Shown here: one piece after another, positions 26,850 to 36,243 of the stretch
Layout of the letters: every line of letters begins with the position of its first letter
Numbering within the stretch: position 1 is the stretch's first letter
NCBI GenBank assembly: GCA_009839535.1
Contig: VXPN01000263.1
Span: 1 to 40,529, forward strand
Source of the DNA: Boseongicola sp. SB0662_bin_57
Lineage (GTDB): Bacteria; Pseudomonadota; Alphaproteobacteria; Rhodobacterales; Rhodobacteraceae
Length of the DNA: 40,529 nucleotides
Direction: 5' to 3'
Program-made: the position numbers and the translations under genes
The notes under the pieces: generated by a model
Databases searched by the model: none
Told to the model about the DNA's origin: nothing
The model's input: only the letters and a program-made list of their open reading frames with translations

Positions 26850-27563
26850 ATGAGGGTTCCAGCCTCGCCAGCGAAGGAGATGGAGCTGAATCCAGATGCA
26901 ACATCCGGAAGCCAGGAATTGTGTGAAGGGTTGACGATCTATTGCGCCGACATCGGGTCAGTCCCCAATAACAGTTTTGGATGGGCACGTCTCGTCGGAG
27001 ATGAATTCCACAAGTGCAATTGCATTGTTGGTCTTGTCGATGACATTGCCTGTGCCTTGGCGAAGCAGCGCAAGGTTGCGCTTGGCTTCGAGTGCCCGCT
27101 TTGGATTCCCGTGCCCGAGGAGCCTCAGTACCTGGGGAAGGCTCGTCGAGTGGACAGGGATCGCTCTTGGTCGGCCATTGCAGGGGCCAACGTGCTCGCA
27201 ACTGGCACCGCCCAGGTCGCGTGGATTCTTAGCGAACTGCGATCGAGATTGGAGAAGCAAGGAACGCCGTTTCCATCCGTACATCTGGCTTGGCCGAATT
27301 TCCCGACCAGCGAGTCCTTTCTGTTCTTTTGGGAAGCATTCGTGACCGGCAAGGCGAAGTCGGATGGTTCAGATGACGCGGGAGATGCCTTGATCGCTTG
27401 TCATGAGTTCAAGAGTCGCTTGCGAGATCCCGCTGAGACACTTGAACGTGAGCAACGGGTTCGATCGTTGATCGGAGTCGCGATTCTTTGGGCGGGATTG
27501 TCCGAGGATCTCAAGCTCCTGCACATGCCTTGCGTCGTTGTCCGGCCTGACGAAGCAAGTTGA
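26850..27563 (+). CDS. Hypothetical protein with RNase H-like (DUF429-like) motif pattern, 237 aa
   Basis: The ATG at 26850 has AAGGAGG 10 nt upstream. TIYCADIGSVPNNSFGWARL, then VALGFECPLWIP, then GDALIACHEF gives a D...E...D spacing reminiscent of RNase H-fold nucleases (tentative). The 317-aa antisense ORF is Arg/Ser/Cys-rich and was rejected. Confidence 0.6.
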   Translation: MRVPASPAKEMELNPDATSGSQELCEGLTIYCADIGSVPNNSFGWARLVGDEFHKCNCIVGLVDDIACALAKQRKVALGFECPLWIPVPEEPQYLGKARRVDRDRSWSAIAGANVLATGTAQVAWILSELRSRLEKQGTPFPSVHLAWPNFPTSESFLFFWEAFVTGKAKSDGSDDAGDALIACHEFKSRLRDPAETLEREQRVRSLIGVAILWAGLSEDLKLLHMPCVVVRPDEAS

Positions 27564-27735
27564 TCTACAGAACCGGGCCGGTCTTACTGCAATTGATTCT
27601 TTCGCGTTACTTCTGCCTTTTGTTCCTTGTCCGTCAGCTCGGCACGAGTGGAGACGGTCGTGAGGTTCGACTTGGCCTTGGTCCATTCCAAGGCGGTTCT
27701 GCACTACGGCCACAAGATACCGGGGCATCGACTTT

Positions 27736-27773
27736 CCCCAGATGAGTCCGGAGCGCAAGTGCCCCCGGATTCT
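27736..27773 (-). repeat. Fossil CRISPR repeat beyond the trailer end of the array
   Basis: ccccagatgagtccggagcgcaagtgcccccggattc aligns with the repeat consensus (atga.g.ccgg.gcg.aa..gcccc.ggat). It sits one spacer length (37 nt) before the first annotated repeat. An even weaker copy may lie near 27663-27700. Confidence 0.5.
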
Positions 27774-27810
27774 CTTACAACTGACTGGTCGCTGCGAATT
27801 ACGCTCCTGA

Positions 27811-30056
27811 CCTTCAATCAAGCCAGTGCGAAAATCCTCAGGATGCGATCTTCGCCGCCGTCGTTCGGGAGGCCGTCCCGAAACTTCAATGAAGCCGGGG
27901 CGAAATTTCCCCGGATGCAGTGATGGTCCATCGTTACATGGGATATTCAGGAGGCCTTCAATGAAACCGAGGCGAAAATGCCCCGGATGCATGCCGACGT
28001 CACGCCACGCGCGAACGCGTACACGGCCCTTCAATGGAGCTGGGGTAAAGACACCCCGGATGCGTCGACGCGACAGTGAACCTGGTCGAACTGCTGCAGC
28101 TCCTTCAATGAAGCCGGGGCAAACACACCCGGATGCGACGTGAACGAGATCCTGCATTTCGTGACATCAGGGCACCTTCAATGAAGCCGGGGCGAAAACG
28201 CCCCGGATGCGTGCACGGAGGTGTAGACCTTGTGGCCGCTGGTCACCCTTCAATGAAGCCGGGGCAAACACACCCCGGATGCGAGTCACGCCTTCGACCA
28301 ACGGCGTCTCGACCGCCTCGCTTCAATGGAGCCGGGACGAAAACGCCCCGGATGCCACGATACGCCATACCAGAATTCATGGCGGCTCTGAACCTTCAAT
28401 GGAGCCGGGGCGAAAACGCCCCGGATGCCTCGACGCGGACGGTCGCAATCACCGCAGGGCTGTACGCTTCAATGAAGCCGGGGCGAAAACGCCCCGGATG
28501 CGGGCCTTCCGTTTGCCACTCTCGCCTGTGCTTGTTCCAGCTTCAATGAAGCCGGGGCGAAAACGCCCCGGATGCGGTCGTGGTATGAAAAGATCGGTTC
28601 GTCCCTCGTATGTGCTTCAATGAAGCCGGGGCGAAAACGCCCCGGATGCACCGCTGCCCTCGTGACGAAAAGCGCTCTCGATCGGGTGCTTCAATGAAGC
28701 CGGGGCGAAAACGCCCCGGATGCCTTCGACCTCGTAGGTCCGGCCGCCGGCCTCTATCTCGCTTCAATGAAGCCGGGGCGAAAACGCCCCGGATGCCCTC
28801 GCGCACGTGCTCGGCATCTGGTTCAGGATCGCGGGCTTCAATGAAGCCGGGGCGAAAACGCCCCGGATGCCACAGTTTCAGCGCGCGCTCGCCGGGCCGG
28901 TGATCGCGGCTTCAATGAAGCCGGGGCGAAAACGCCCCGGATGCCGAGCTTTACAAGGAGGCCCGAAAACGGGGCGGCGTCGTGCTTCAATGAAGCCGGG
29001 GCGAAAACGCCCCGGATGCCACCGTCTACGCGGTCCAGCCGGGTGATGTTGCCACGAGCTTCAATGAAGCCGGGGCGAAAACGCCCCGGATGCCTCGGAC
29101 TTTTCGGCCGCAAGGTCATCGCGTCCAGCCAGGCTTCAATGAAGCCGGGGCGAAAACGCCCCGGATGCCTCGGCCCAATGGACGCCATTCCCGCGGACGC
29201 CATGGTGCTTCAATGAAGCCGGGGCGAAAACGCCCCGGATGCCTTCGCGGCTTCGCACGTTGCCCTTGGCCCGAATGGCAGGCTTCAATGAAGCCGGGGC
29301 GAAAACGCCCCGGATGCCCCCGAACTGGGCGTCCGTGGCGCCCTGCCGGATCTCCCTGCTTCAATGAAGCCGGGGCGAAAACGCCCCGGATGCCCCCCGT
29401 TCTCGTCTCGCGTGAAGCCCCCGAAAGCGATGCTTCAATGAAGCCGGGGCGAAAACGCCCCGGATGCCGGCGCACACAGAGCCGCTGGGATCGGGCAGTG
29501 TTCAGCTTCAATGAAGCCGGGGCGAAAACGCCCCGGATGCCCTTGACATGGGGGAAAATAGCGACAATCGATGGATCGTGCTTCAATGAAGCCGGGGCGA
29601 AAACGCCCCGGATGCCGACGTGGAGCCGTGGATGCGCGTTCGCCTGCCCAACTAGCTTCAATGAAGCCGGGGCGAAAACGCCCCGGATGCCTCGAGCAGC
29701 TGGACCGCCTGGACATGCGGTTCATGCAGCTTCAATGAAGCCGGGGCGAAAACGCCCCGGATGCCGGCGAGGCTAGGCGCACCAGTGCGAGCTTGAGGAG
29801 TGGCTTCAATGAAGCCGGGGCGAAAACGCCCCGGATGCCGTCGGAGGCGCTGTCGAAGCTGGTGCCGCTCGGCCTGCTTCAATGAAGCCGGGGCGAAAAC
29901 GCCCCGGATGCCTCGCCGCTGCCGCTCAGCAAGCGTGACGCATAAGACGCTTCAATGAAGCCGGGGCGAAAACGCCCCGGATGCCTCCGCGTAGGGCGTG
30001 TCGCGGCCCGGGTACTCGTGGCTTCAATGAAGCCGGGGCGAAAACGCCCCGGATGC
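27811..30056 (-). CRISPR. CRISPR array, 31 repeats of 36-37 bp and 30 spacers of 36-40 bp, transcribed on the minus strand
   Basis: Plus-strand consensus: GCTTCAATGAAGCCGGGGCGAAAACGCCCCGGATGC(C). Minus strand: (G)GCATCCGGGGCGTTTTCGCCCCGGCTTCATTGAAGC, with an 8-bp stem CCGGGGCG/CGCCCCGG, a 4-nt loop and an ATTGAAGC 3' end. I placed all 31 repeat starts by hand (27811, 27883, 27955, 28028, 28102, 28175, 28247, 28320, 28393, 28466 ... 29949, 30021). Repeats 10-31 are identical. Repeats 1-9 carry substitutions, and repeat 5 has a 1-nt deletion. Confidence 0.97.
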
Positions 30057-30323
30057 CCCGGCACCATACAACTCTCGGACAGGAAATAGAAATTCCAGCT
30101 GAATTCGAATGATCCGAAATCTGCCTGCCGTTTGATACCACAGCGAGCAAACGGGCCCCCAGATGTCGATCCGAAACATAAGTATGTCAACACTTTGAAC
30201 GATTTCGAGCGACCCCATGTCCTAAAGCGTTGCCTCGCCGCTCGAAACGGAACGGCGGGATTGCAAGCACTTGGCTCCGAAGCCTGAATTGCAGTCCTCG
30301 CCTCTCCGGATATGTCCGCCCGC
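30057..30323 (-). promoter_or_regulatory. CRISPR leader
   Basis: A 267-nt lower-GC non-coding stretch between the cas2 stop and the conserved end of the array. The perfect repeats abut it and the degenerate repeats lie at the far end. Confidence 0.65.
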
Positions 30324-30617
30324 TCACACCACGACGGCATTGCGCTCGATTGTCGAAAACGTCTTCCCGATGCTCATGACTGCGATGTCGGTCTTGTCCG
30401 TCGGGCCGATGTCGATCAGCAGCACATGGTCCTCGCCAACCTTGACGAGATCGCGAAGCCTCGTTTCCAGTTCGGCCCTGCGGCGGCGCGAGAGACGACA
30501 CTGGAAGACCGAAAGCTGGAGCCATTCCCCAAACCCCCGCATAGTATTGAAGACCCTTCGCCAGCGCTTGCTGTCGGAAATGTCGTAGGTGACGATGTAG
30601 GTGCGCTCGTTTCTCAT
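30324..30617 (-). CDS. cas2: CRISPR-associated endoribonuclease Cas2
   Basis: MRNERTYIVTYDISDSKRWRRVFNTMRGFGEWLQLSVFQCRL... is a classic Cas2 N-terminus. The ATG at 30617 has AGGA about 8 nt upstream. The track's GTG at 30623 is the alternative start. Confidence 0.93.
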   Translation of the reverse strand: MRNERTYIVTYDISDSKRWRRVFNTMRGFGEWLQLSVFQCRLSRRRRAELETRLRDLVKVGEDHVLLIDIGPTDKTDIAVMSIGKTFSTIERNAVVV

Positions 30618-30626
30618 GGGCACGTC

Positions 30627-32363
30627 CTACCTCGGAAGATAGTGCGGATAGTCAGGCAACTCGCCCAGCAGGTGCCGGCACAGCAACCGCGCCTGCAAGA
30701 GCAGAAGCCGGCGCATGCTGAGCCGGTAGCCGAACAACGGGTGCGTGGTCTCCTGTGAAAGGCGCCGCTCAAACGCTCCCACGAATCGCCGGCGACCGGC
30801 GCTGGTCAGCGAGGTTCCCGTTGGAGCGCTGACGAAATCGCCGGCCGAGATTTCGCCGGTGTTCACCACCGAGAGCACCACCGAATCCGCGATGACAGGC
30901 CGAAACGGTTCCATAATGTCGAGGGCCAAGGCAGGCTTGCCGTAGCGCGGGGCGTGAAAGAACCCGCGATAGGGGTCGAGTCCGACGGTGGCAAGGGCGA
31001 TCGTGAGGTGCCGGGTCAGCATGGCGTATGCGAGTGAAAGCATGGCGTTCACGGGGTCGGCTGGCGGACGACGGTTGCGTGCGGTGAACCTGAACGGGGC
31101 AAGGTTCCCGCTCTGGTCCGGCGCTCGCGCGGCGACTGGCGGCGACAGCAGCCCGGCGAATGCCCGGAAATACGTTGCAGCCGCGTCACCTTCAACGCCA
31201 AGCAGCGCATTCTTCGAGGTGGCGGCCATTGTTGACCGGCGTGCTGCGTTGAGCCGGTTCAGGATCTCCTTGCGGCGCTCGCGGTCGCCGCGCCAGTTCC
31301 GCCGCAAGATGGTCCGCTGGTTGACGATCTTGGCGGCAACGAGGCTGCGGGCGAATCCCAGGCAGTGGCCTGCATCGAAGCTGTTCCGGTACTGCGCGGT
31401 CCGAACCTCCACGTTTCTGTGCCCGATTCCATGGGTGACACCGCGGAACCAGCCGCCATGGCTGAGAAACGCCACGGGGATCTCGCGGTCCATCAGCGTG
31501 GCCAGCGCGGGTGCCGTAATCGAGACATTGCCGAACAGGGCGACGTCGGAGACGTCGTTCAACCGCACCGTGGTTTCGCCAAGTTCCTCGTCGGCGATCT
31601 TGAGTGTGTCGCCCTCCTTCGCGACACGAGCTCTCTGCGACTGGACGACCAGCGGAAGCGCTTCGTCCGCACCGACCGCGATCGGTCGCGGCGCGAGGCT
31701 GGAGCCACCGAGCGCCTGCATCTCGTCCGGAAGGCAGATGGAGACAAGGGCGCAGCGCGGGCACTTCGGGCTGTCTCGCAAGGGTGGCGGGATGCGGCCC
31801 TGGGCTGCCGTCAAGCGCAGTTGGCTGATCGCCTCCCGTGCCGCGGCACGGAGTTCGTCATCCAGCACGACCCGGACGCGTTCGCGACTTTCGGCGTACC
31901 AGATGGCGCCGTCGTTGACCCGATGCCCATGCTCCTCCAGCAACAGCGCCTGAAGGCAGACCTGGATGCGTTCCGGTTCGTACGCGCCTTTCGCGACATG
32001 CGGGCGCTTGCCGCGCTTGTAGTCGATCGGCGTGACGGCCCCGCCCTCGGCCTCGGCGACATCGATTTTGGCGATCACGCCAAGCTTCTCCGAGGAAAGC
32101 GTCAGGGACCGGCTGACCACCTTCCCGTCGATTCCGTCCAGCGCTTCGGGTTCTGGAAGGGGCTTGCTTGCATGATCGACCTTCTTGTGGACCCGCTGGC
32201 CGTCCACGGTGTCGCCCGTCTCGGCCCACTCGGACTGGCCCCACATAAGATACGCGAGACGCGGGCAGTAGACGAACTCGTTCACCATCCGCGCCGGGAC
32301 CAGCGGATCTTCGCCGGTTGCGGGCGGTGCCGGGAGATGGAGCTCCAGCTGACGGGAGGTCAC
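30627..32363 (-). CDS. cas4/cas1: Cas4-Cas1 fusion protein (578 aa)
   Basis: The Cas4 part is VNEFVYCPRLAYL...IDYKRG...SPKCPRCALVSIC (C...CxxC...C cluster, RecB-like DxK). The Cas1 part is LPLVVQSQRARVAKEGDTLKI...AKIVNQRTILRRN...NAMLSLAYAML...DPYRGFFH...ALALDIMEPFRP. The GTG at 32363 overlaps the upstream stop (GTGA). The track's 848-aa form is an N-terminal over-extension. Confidence 0.92.
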   Translation of the reverse strand: MTSRQLELHLPAPPATGEDPLVPARMVNEFVYCPRLAYLMWGQSEWAETGDTVDGQRVHKKVDHASKPLPEPEALDGIDGKVVSRSLTLSSEKLGVIAKIDVAEAEGGAVTPIDYKRGKRPHVAKGAYEPERIQVCLQALLLEEHGHRVNDGAIWYAESRERVRVVLDDELRAAAREAISQLRLTAAQGRIPPPLRDSPKCPRCALVSICLPDEMQALGGSSLAPRPIAVGADEALPLVVQSQRARVAKEGDTLKIADEELGETTVRLNDVSDVALFGNVSITAPALATLMDREIPVAFLSHGGWFRGVTHGIGHRNVEVRTAQYRNSFDAGHCLGFARSLVAAKIVNQRTILRRNWRGDRERRKEILNRLNAARRSTMAATSKNALLGVEGDAAATYFRAFAGLLSPPVAARAPDQSGNLAPFRFTARNRRPPADPVNAMLSLAYAMLTRHLTIALATVGLDPYRGFFHAPRYGKPALALDIMEPFRPVIADSVVLSVVNTGEISAGDFVSAPTGTSLTSAGRRRFVGAFERRLSQETTHPLFGYRLSMRRLLLLQARLLCRHLLGELPDYPHYLPR

Positions 32364-33337
32364 GGCGCGGATTCCGGATCCGCCCTCGTGACGTTCATGT
32401 ACTTGCCGGCTGAAATTCGTCGTGCCTGCCGCACATCGACGATGCCGAGGGCGGCCATCGTCTCGCGGTTCCCAAGGTCCGGATGCCCCAGCAATGACCG
32501 AATGCAGGCAAGGCTGATTGGCGCCCGCCAGATCGGCCATCGAAAGACGAAGCTTCCGTCGATCTCGCGTCGACCGCCAAGCATGCCCAGTCTTACTCGC
32601 CCACGCCGCGACACCGGAGCGACGGTCAGCACGGAGAGACCAATCGCGGCAAGCCTGTTTGCGCCGTGCTGCGTGGTTTCCTTCGTCGCCGTGTCGGTAG
32701 GATCCCGGGCACGCAGCGCGTAGCGAACGTCCTCGTGGGGATCCCAGCGAAACGACCACGTGGCGTCGGGTCGCTTCCACAGAGCGAACAGGGCCTCGCC
32801 CAGACACTCCGCCTCCGAGACCGCGATCCTGCCTTGGCCTTTGCCACGGCCTGGAGGCGCTTTCGTTCGCGGCACCTCTGCAAGCCGTTGCAGAAAATGC
32901 TGGTGCCCTTGTCCGAACATGAGGCAAAGCGGCGTCGGCTCCACCTTCCTGCCGTCGCGGGATATCGCCGCGTCGCTGAAGAGGGCCGCCCACAGGTCGG
33001 TCACGTATCCGCCCCGATCCGCGATTTCGGTCGCTCCTTGCAAGCTTCCGGCTGCTTCCTTCGGAGAGAAAGCAAGATCCTTTCGGTCTTCGAACTCGTG
33101 GTATTGGGCAAGGACGTTCACTCCCTCTGCGGCCGCTTCCACCAAGGCGTCCCGGTCCACGCCCTTCAGGCAATGCAAGGCCGGACGCAGCGGCGGGTCG
33201 CTGACCGTCCAGGAAACCCGGGCAAGCCAGTCCGGTCGGACCTCGTCAAGGGAGCGAAGCAGGCCAAGCAGCGCCATGAAGGCGAGCAGGTTGTCGGGCT
33301 CGATCCCGTCCAGGCGGTGAGTCTCGAAACCTGTCAT
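32360..33337 (-). CDS. cas8u2: Type I-U/I-G large-subunit candidate, short form (Cas8u2/Cas8g2, Csb3/Csx17-like), 325 aa
   Basis: Its position between cas3 and cas4-cas1 supports the call, and its ATG overlaps the cas3 stop (ATGA at 33337-33334). The N-terminus MTGFETHRLDGIEPDNLLAFMALLGLLRSL and the later segment HGANRLAAIGLSVL...FRWPIWRAPIS resemble what I remember of this family. The assignment is partly positional. Confidence 0.6.
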   Translation of the reverse strand: MTGFETHRLDGIEPDNLLAFMALLGLLRSLDEVRPDWLARVSWTVSDPPLRPALHCLKGVDRDALVEAAAEGVNVLAQYHEFEDRKDLAFSPKEAAGSLQGATEIADRGGYVTDLWAALFSDAAISRDGRKVEPTPLCLMFGQGHQHFLQRLAEVPRTKAPPGRGKGQGRIAVSEAECLGEALFALWKRPDATWSFRWDPHEDVRYALRARDPTDTATKETTQHGANRLAAIGLSVLTVAPVSRRGRVRLGMLGGRREIDGSFVFRWPIWRAPISLACIRSLLGHPDLGNRETMAALGIVDVRQARRISAGKYMNVTRADPESAP

Positions 33338-36243
33338 GAAATGGATTCCTCTTCCGAGGCCCGATGGTCCGCAAGGCGCAGCATCGCCTCCAGGTGGGCC
33401 AAGCCCCAGGTTCCGTATCGCCGCTTCAGGTCGTCGAACAGGCGAGGCCAGTCGGCACCGCCGAAATCGAACGTGAGCGACTGCGGGCCGGATTCGCCCT
33501 CCTGCAATCGCCAGTCCGCGACGTCGACGCACGGCAGCGGCTTGTCAGGGGCAGGATCGACGAAACCGAAGAAAGGTCGGCCCAGACCGTGGTGACTCCC
33601 GACAAGCCAGAGGACGAGGGCTGGATCGTGCGCCGAGTTCAACACCGGGTGCACCCGCGCCATCTGCACCGACAACGCCTCATGCCGCCATCCCTTGGGC
33701 AGTCCGGCCCCTTTCCATGCCTGCGGCGACCATGAACGGCGACTCTTGGCCAGCGGCAGGCCGTCGGGCCGGTTCCAGGGATCGCCGCCGGCAAGCATGG
33801 CCTGGAACCGCAGGTCGGCCTTGCCGGCATCGTGAAGGCGTGCCGCGAGGCGAAGCTCCTCCGCAACATCGTCGAGACCAAGCGTTTCGGCGAATCGCGA
33901 CGCGAACCGAGCGACGTTCTCTCCATGCTCGTCGAGACTCACGGCCCGGGCGGCGCAGTGCGATGCCGCGTCATCTTCCGTCGCGGGGGCGGCCCCGGAC
34001 GGCTCGGAAAGTTCGGAAATTCCACGTTCGGCAACGAGAATGGCGCCTCCATTGGGTCCGGCCGCATAGGGAAGATGTACGTCGATTTGCCCTCTTGCAC
34101 GTCGAAGCGCGTCCAGCGACGCCCGCAGGTCACTGATCGGGAGACCGACTTGCCTTTCGTCCTTCAAAGCTTTGAATGGAAGCGCCGCGATGAGGCTGTC
34201 GACCAGATCGAGGCCATCGACGCCTTCGGAGACAAGCACGTCCGAAACGCGTTCCCATTCGACCTCCGGGCTTACGAGACCGGCAGAGACTCGAACCGCG
34301 CAACGTCGACCCCGAAAAGGTGCGGCCGCCTTGTCCGCCACATCGGCAACGCGGGCGCCGGAGTCTGGTGCCCAGCCGAACCTGTCACAACCTCCGTAAT
34401 CAGCCGGAACGACGATCAGGTCCCCGGGACGCAGGTGACTCGCGCTGACGACGCCAGTGCGGGCATCGTCGTGGCCGGCCCAACGGAACGCCCTTCTTTC
34501 CGTTTCTCCGATTATCCGTGCAGCATGGGCTTCCGGCTCGCGTTGGGAAGTGTCCGAAAAGTCGGCATCTGCATCGTCGGGGCGGCGCAGCCATGCACGA
34601 GCGACCCAGAGCGGGAGCTCGATGACCTCGCTGGCGCGCGGCGGGACCAGCCGGATCAGTTCGTTGACGGCGGTCTCGTCCACGAGATCCTCTTCCGAAA
34701 GGTCGCCGCGCCAGACAATCGAGACTCCCGCTGCCGTCCGTTCCGCTCCATGCAGGAACAATCCGATGTCTGGATCCACGGCCGGTCGAGGCGAAGTCTG
34801 CGACCACAGGTCGAGATAGGCAGGCATGAGAACCGGTGCGTTCGGGCGCACCGACGCTAGGTCGTCAGAATCGAGTTTGACCTCTCGCAACCGTTCGGAC
34901 AACGCCTCCACTCCGAAGTCCACGGTGCCGCTCTCCGCGATCAAGCCGAGCGCGTCCCAGGTGCGGCGGATCCGGTCGCCATACACCGGATCGTCCTCCC
35001 TCTTCGCAATGTCCTTGGACAGCGCGAAGACGGCACCCTCGGCATCGATCGACCGCCCGGCACGGTTCAGCCTCCCGAATCGCTGCCGAAGCGCATCAAG
35101 GGGCGCTGCCTGGGTCACCAGACCGTCGAGATCGAGATCAACGCCGACTTCCAGGCATTGGGTCGCCACAACGAACAGTGGCCTAGATTCCGCGCGACTT
35201 CGTTCTCCAGTACGGAACGGGGCGAGCGAATTCGCAATCGCATCCCGATCAGCGCCGCGGGATCTCCCGATCATCAGCAGCGTGTCGGCCGCGTCGTCGT
35301 CATCCAGCATCGTGAAAATCTTTCTCGCCAGCGCCACGCGATTGACAACAACGCCAACCGCCGGGGGACATACGCCCCGCTTTCGCAAGCGGTCGGCCAT
35401 CGCGCGCGCCTCGGTCCCAAACTGCTCGGCTGCAGAGGCCAGGTTCCCGCGAAGGGGCGGCATTATCGTGGCCGGCTTGCGCACGCCGATTCGCTTGCTG
35501 AGTTCAGGGTCTCTCCTGTCCTCGGGAGACAATGTGAACGGTCGTTTCGCGGCGTTCCCCGGAGTCGCGGACAGGAGCGCCACCTTGACCTGGGCATGGC
35601 CAGTCGTGCGCACGGCTTCCAGAGTCTGCCGGAACGGCTCGGCAAGATGGGCTTCGTCCAGCAGGACAAGGCTGCCAGTGCCTAGAAGTCCCGCATGCAC
35701 CGGCTTCATGCGGTCTGACACGCCGTATCCCCGGAAAAGCAGCCGCGACCCCACCTGGTCGACGGTTGAGCAAAGGATGGTGGGCTGCGTCGGCGTCCGC
35801 GCCCAGTCATCCTCCAGCGGCGCACCGCCCCGAAGCCGGCAAGCGACCAGCGGCGGGCCTTCCTTGCCGGCCAGCTTCTTGAGACGCCGGGCGACTCGCG
35901 CGACAATCCCTCCATCGCATGGTCCAACCCGGAGGCCGGCATCCAGCGCCGTCGCAATCCTGCTGGCGCGGGCATGCGCATCGTCCACGACCAGCCGCCG
36001 GTCCACGACCAGCACCATTCGCAACGCCGCGCTGGCCGGTGCATCGCAACGCAGTGCCAGATGGAAGACCGCCGCGTCCAAGGCTGCGGTCTTCCCCGAA
36101 CTGGTGGGAAGATCCAGCACGTCCGGCCATGAATCAGAGTCGGCAAGCCGGTTGACCAGCGCCTGCTGCCAAGGGAACGGCTCGCAACCGTGAATGCTGC
36201 GAAAGAACTCGGCAAAGTCGGAAGCCCGAAGCTCCTCGGTCAA
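33334..36243 (-). CDS. cas3: Cas3 helicase with C-terminal HD nuclease domain (type I-U/I-G architecture)
   Basis: LDLPTSSGKTAALDA (motif I) and LVLLDEAHL (DEAH). The C-terminal HD motifs are LRLAARLHDAGKADLRF, WRHEALS and LVGSHHG. Two starts are possible: TTG at 36243, overlapping the csb2 stop as TTGA (my preference by analogy with the other junctions), or TTG at 36261 (track). Confidence 0.92.
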   Translation of the reverse strand: MTEELRASDFAEFFRSIHGCEPFPWQQALVNRLADSDSWPDVLDLPTSSGKTAALDAAVFHLALRCDAPASAALRMVLVVDRRLVVDDAHARASRIATALDAGLRVGPCDGGIVARVARRLKKLAGKEGPPLVACRLRGGAPLEDDWARTPTQPTILCSTVDQVGSRLLFRGYGVSDRMKPVHAGLLGTGSLVLLDEAHLAEPFRQTLEAVRTTGHAQVKVALLSATPGNAAKRPFTLSPEDRRDPELSKRIGVRKPATIMPPLRGNLASAAEQFGTEARAMADRLRKRGVCPPAVGVVVNRVALARKIFTMLDDDDAADTLLMIGRSRGADRDAIANSLAPFRTGERSRAESRPLFVVATQCLEVGVDLDLDGLVTQAAPLDALRQRFGRLNRAGRSIDAEGAVFALSKDIAKREDDPVYGDRIRRTWDALGLIAESGTVDFGVEALSERLREVKLDSDDLASVRPNAPVLMPAYLDLWSQTSPRPAVDPDIGLFLHGAERTAAGVSIVWRGDLSEEDLVDETAVNELIRLVPPRASEVIELPLWVARAWLRRPDDADADFSDTSQREPEAHAARIIGETERRAFRWAGHDDARTGVVSASHLRPGDLIVVPADYGGCDRFGWAPDSGARVADVADKAAAPFRGRRCAVRVSAGLVSPEVEWERVSDVLVSEGVDGLDLVDSLIAALPFKALKDERQVGLPISDLRASLDALRRARGQIDVHLPYAAGPNGGAILVAERGISELSEPSGAAPATEDDAASHCAARAVSLDEHGENVARFASRFAETLGLDDVAEELRLAARLHDAGKADLRFQAMLAGGDPWNRPDGLPLAKSRRSWSPQAWKGAGLPKGWRHEALSVQMARVHPVLNSAHDPALVLWLVGSHHGLGRPFFGFVDPAPDKPLPCVDVADWRLQEGESGPQSLTFDFGGADWPRLFDDLKRRYGTWGLAHLEAMLRLADHRASEEESIS

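Noticed and set aside
26248-27201. 317-aa minus-strand ORF
   Set aside because: It overlaps the plus-strand RNase H-like gene, which has a near-perfect RBS and normal composition. The product of the minus-strand ORF is Arg/Ser/Cys-rich and lacks an RBS.
27369-30340. Many 60-260-aa ORFs on both strands with recurring peptides such as ASMKPGRKRPGC or HPGRFRPGFIEA
   Set aside because: The recurring peptides are translations of the CRISPR repeat in different frames. The ORFs simply run through the array and leader.
32364-33173. Long N-terminal extension of the cas4-cas1 ORF (848-aa track form). There are similar extensions on csb2 (to 37916), the Cas8u-like gene (to 33532), the relaxase (to 23174), RHH genes A-C and the giant gene (to 9204).
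   Set aside because: The extensions overlap the upstream gene over long distances and are Arg/Gly/Pro-rich. In each case a start codon with a 4-nt stop/start overlap or a nearby RBS gives a protein that begins at the recognisable family N-terminus.
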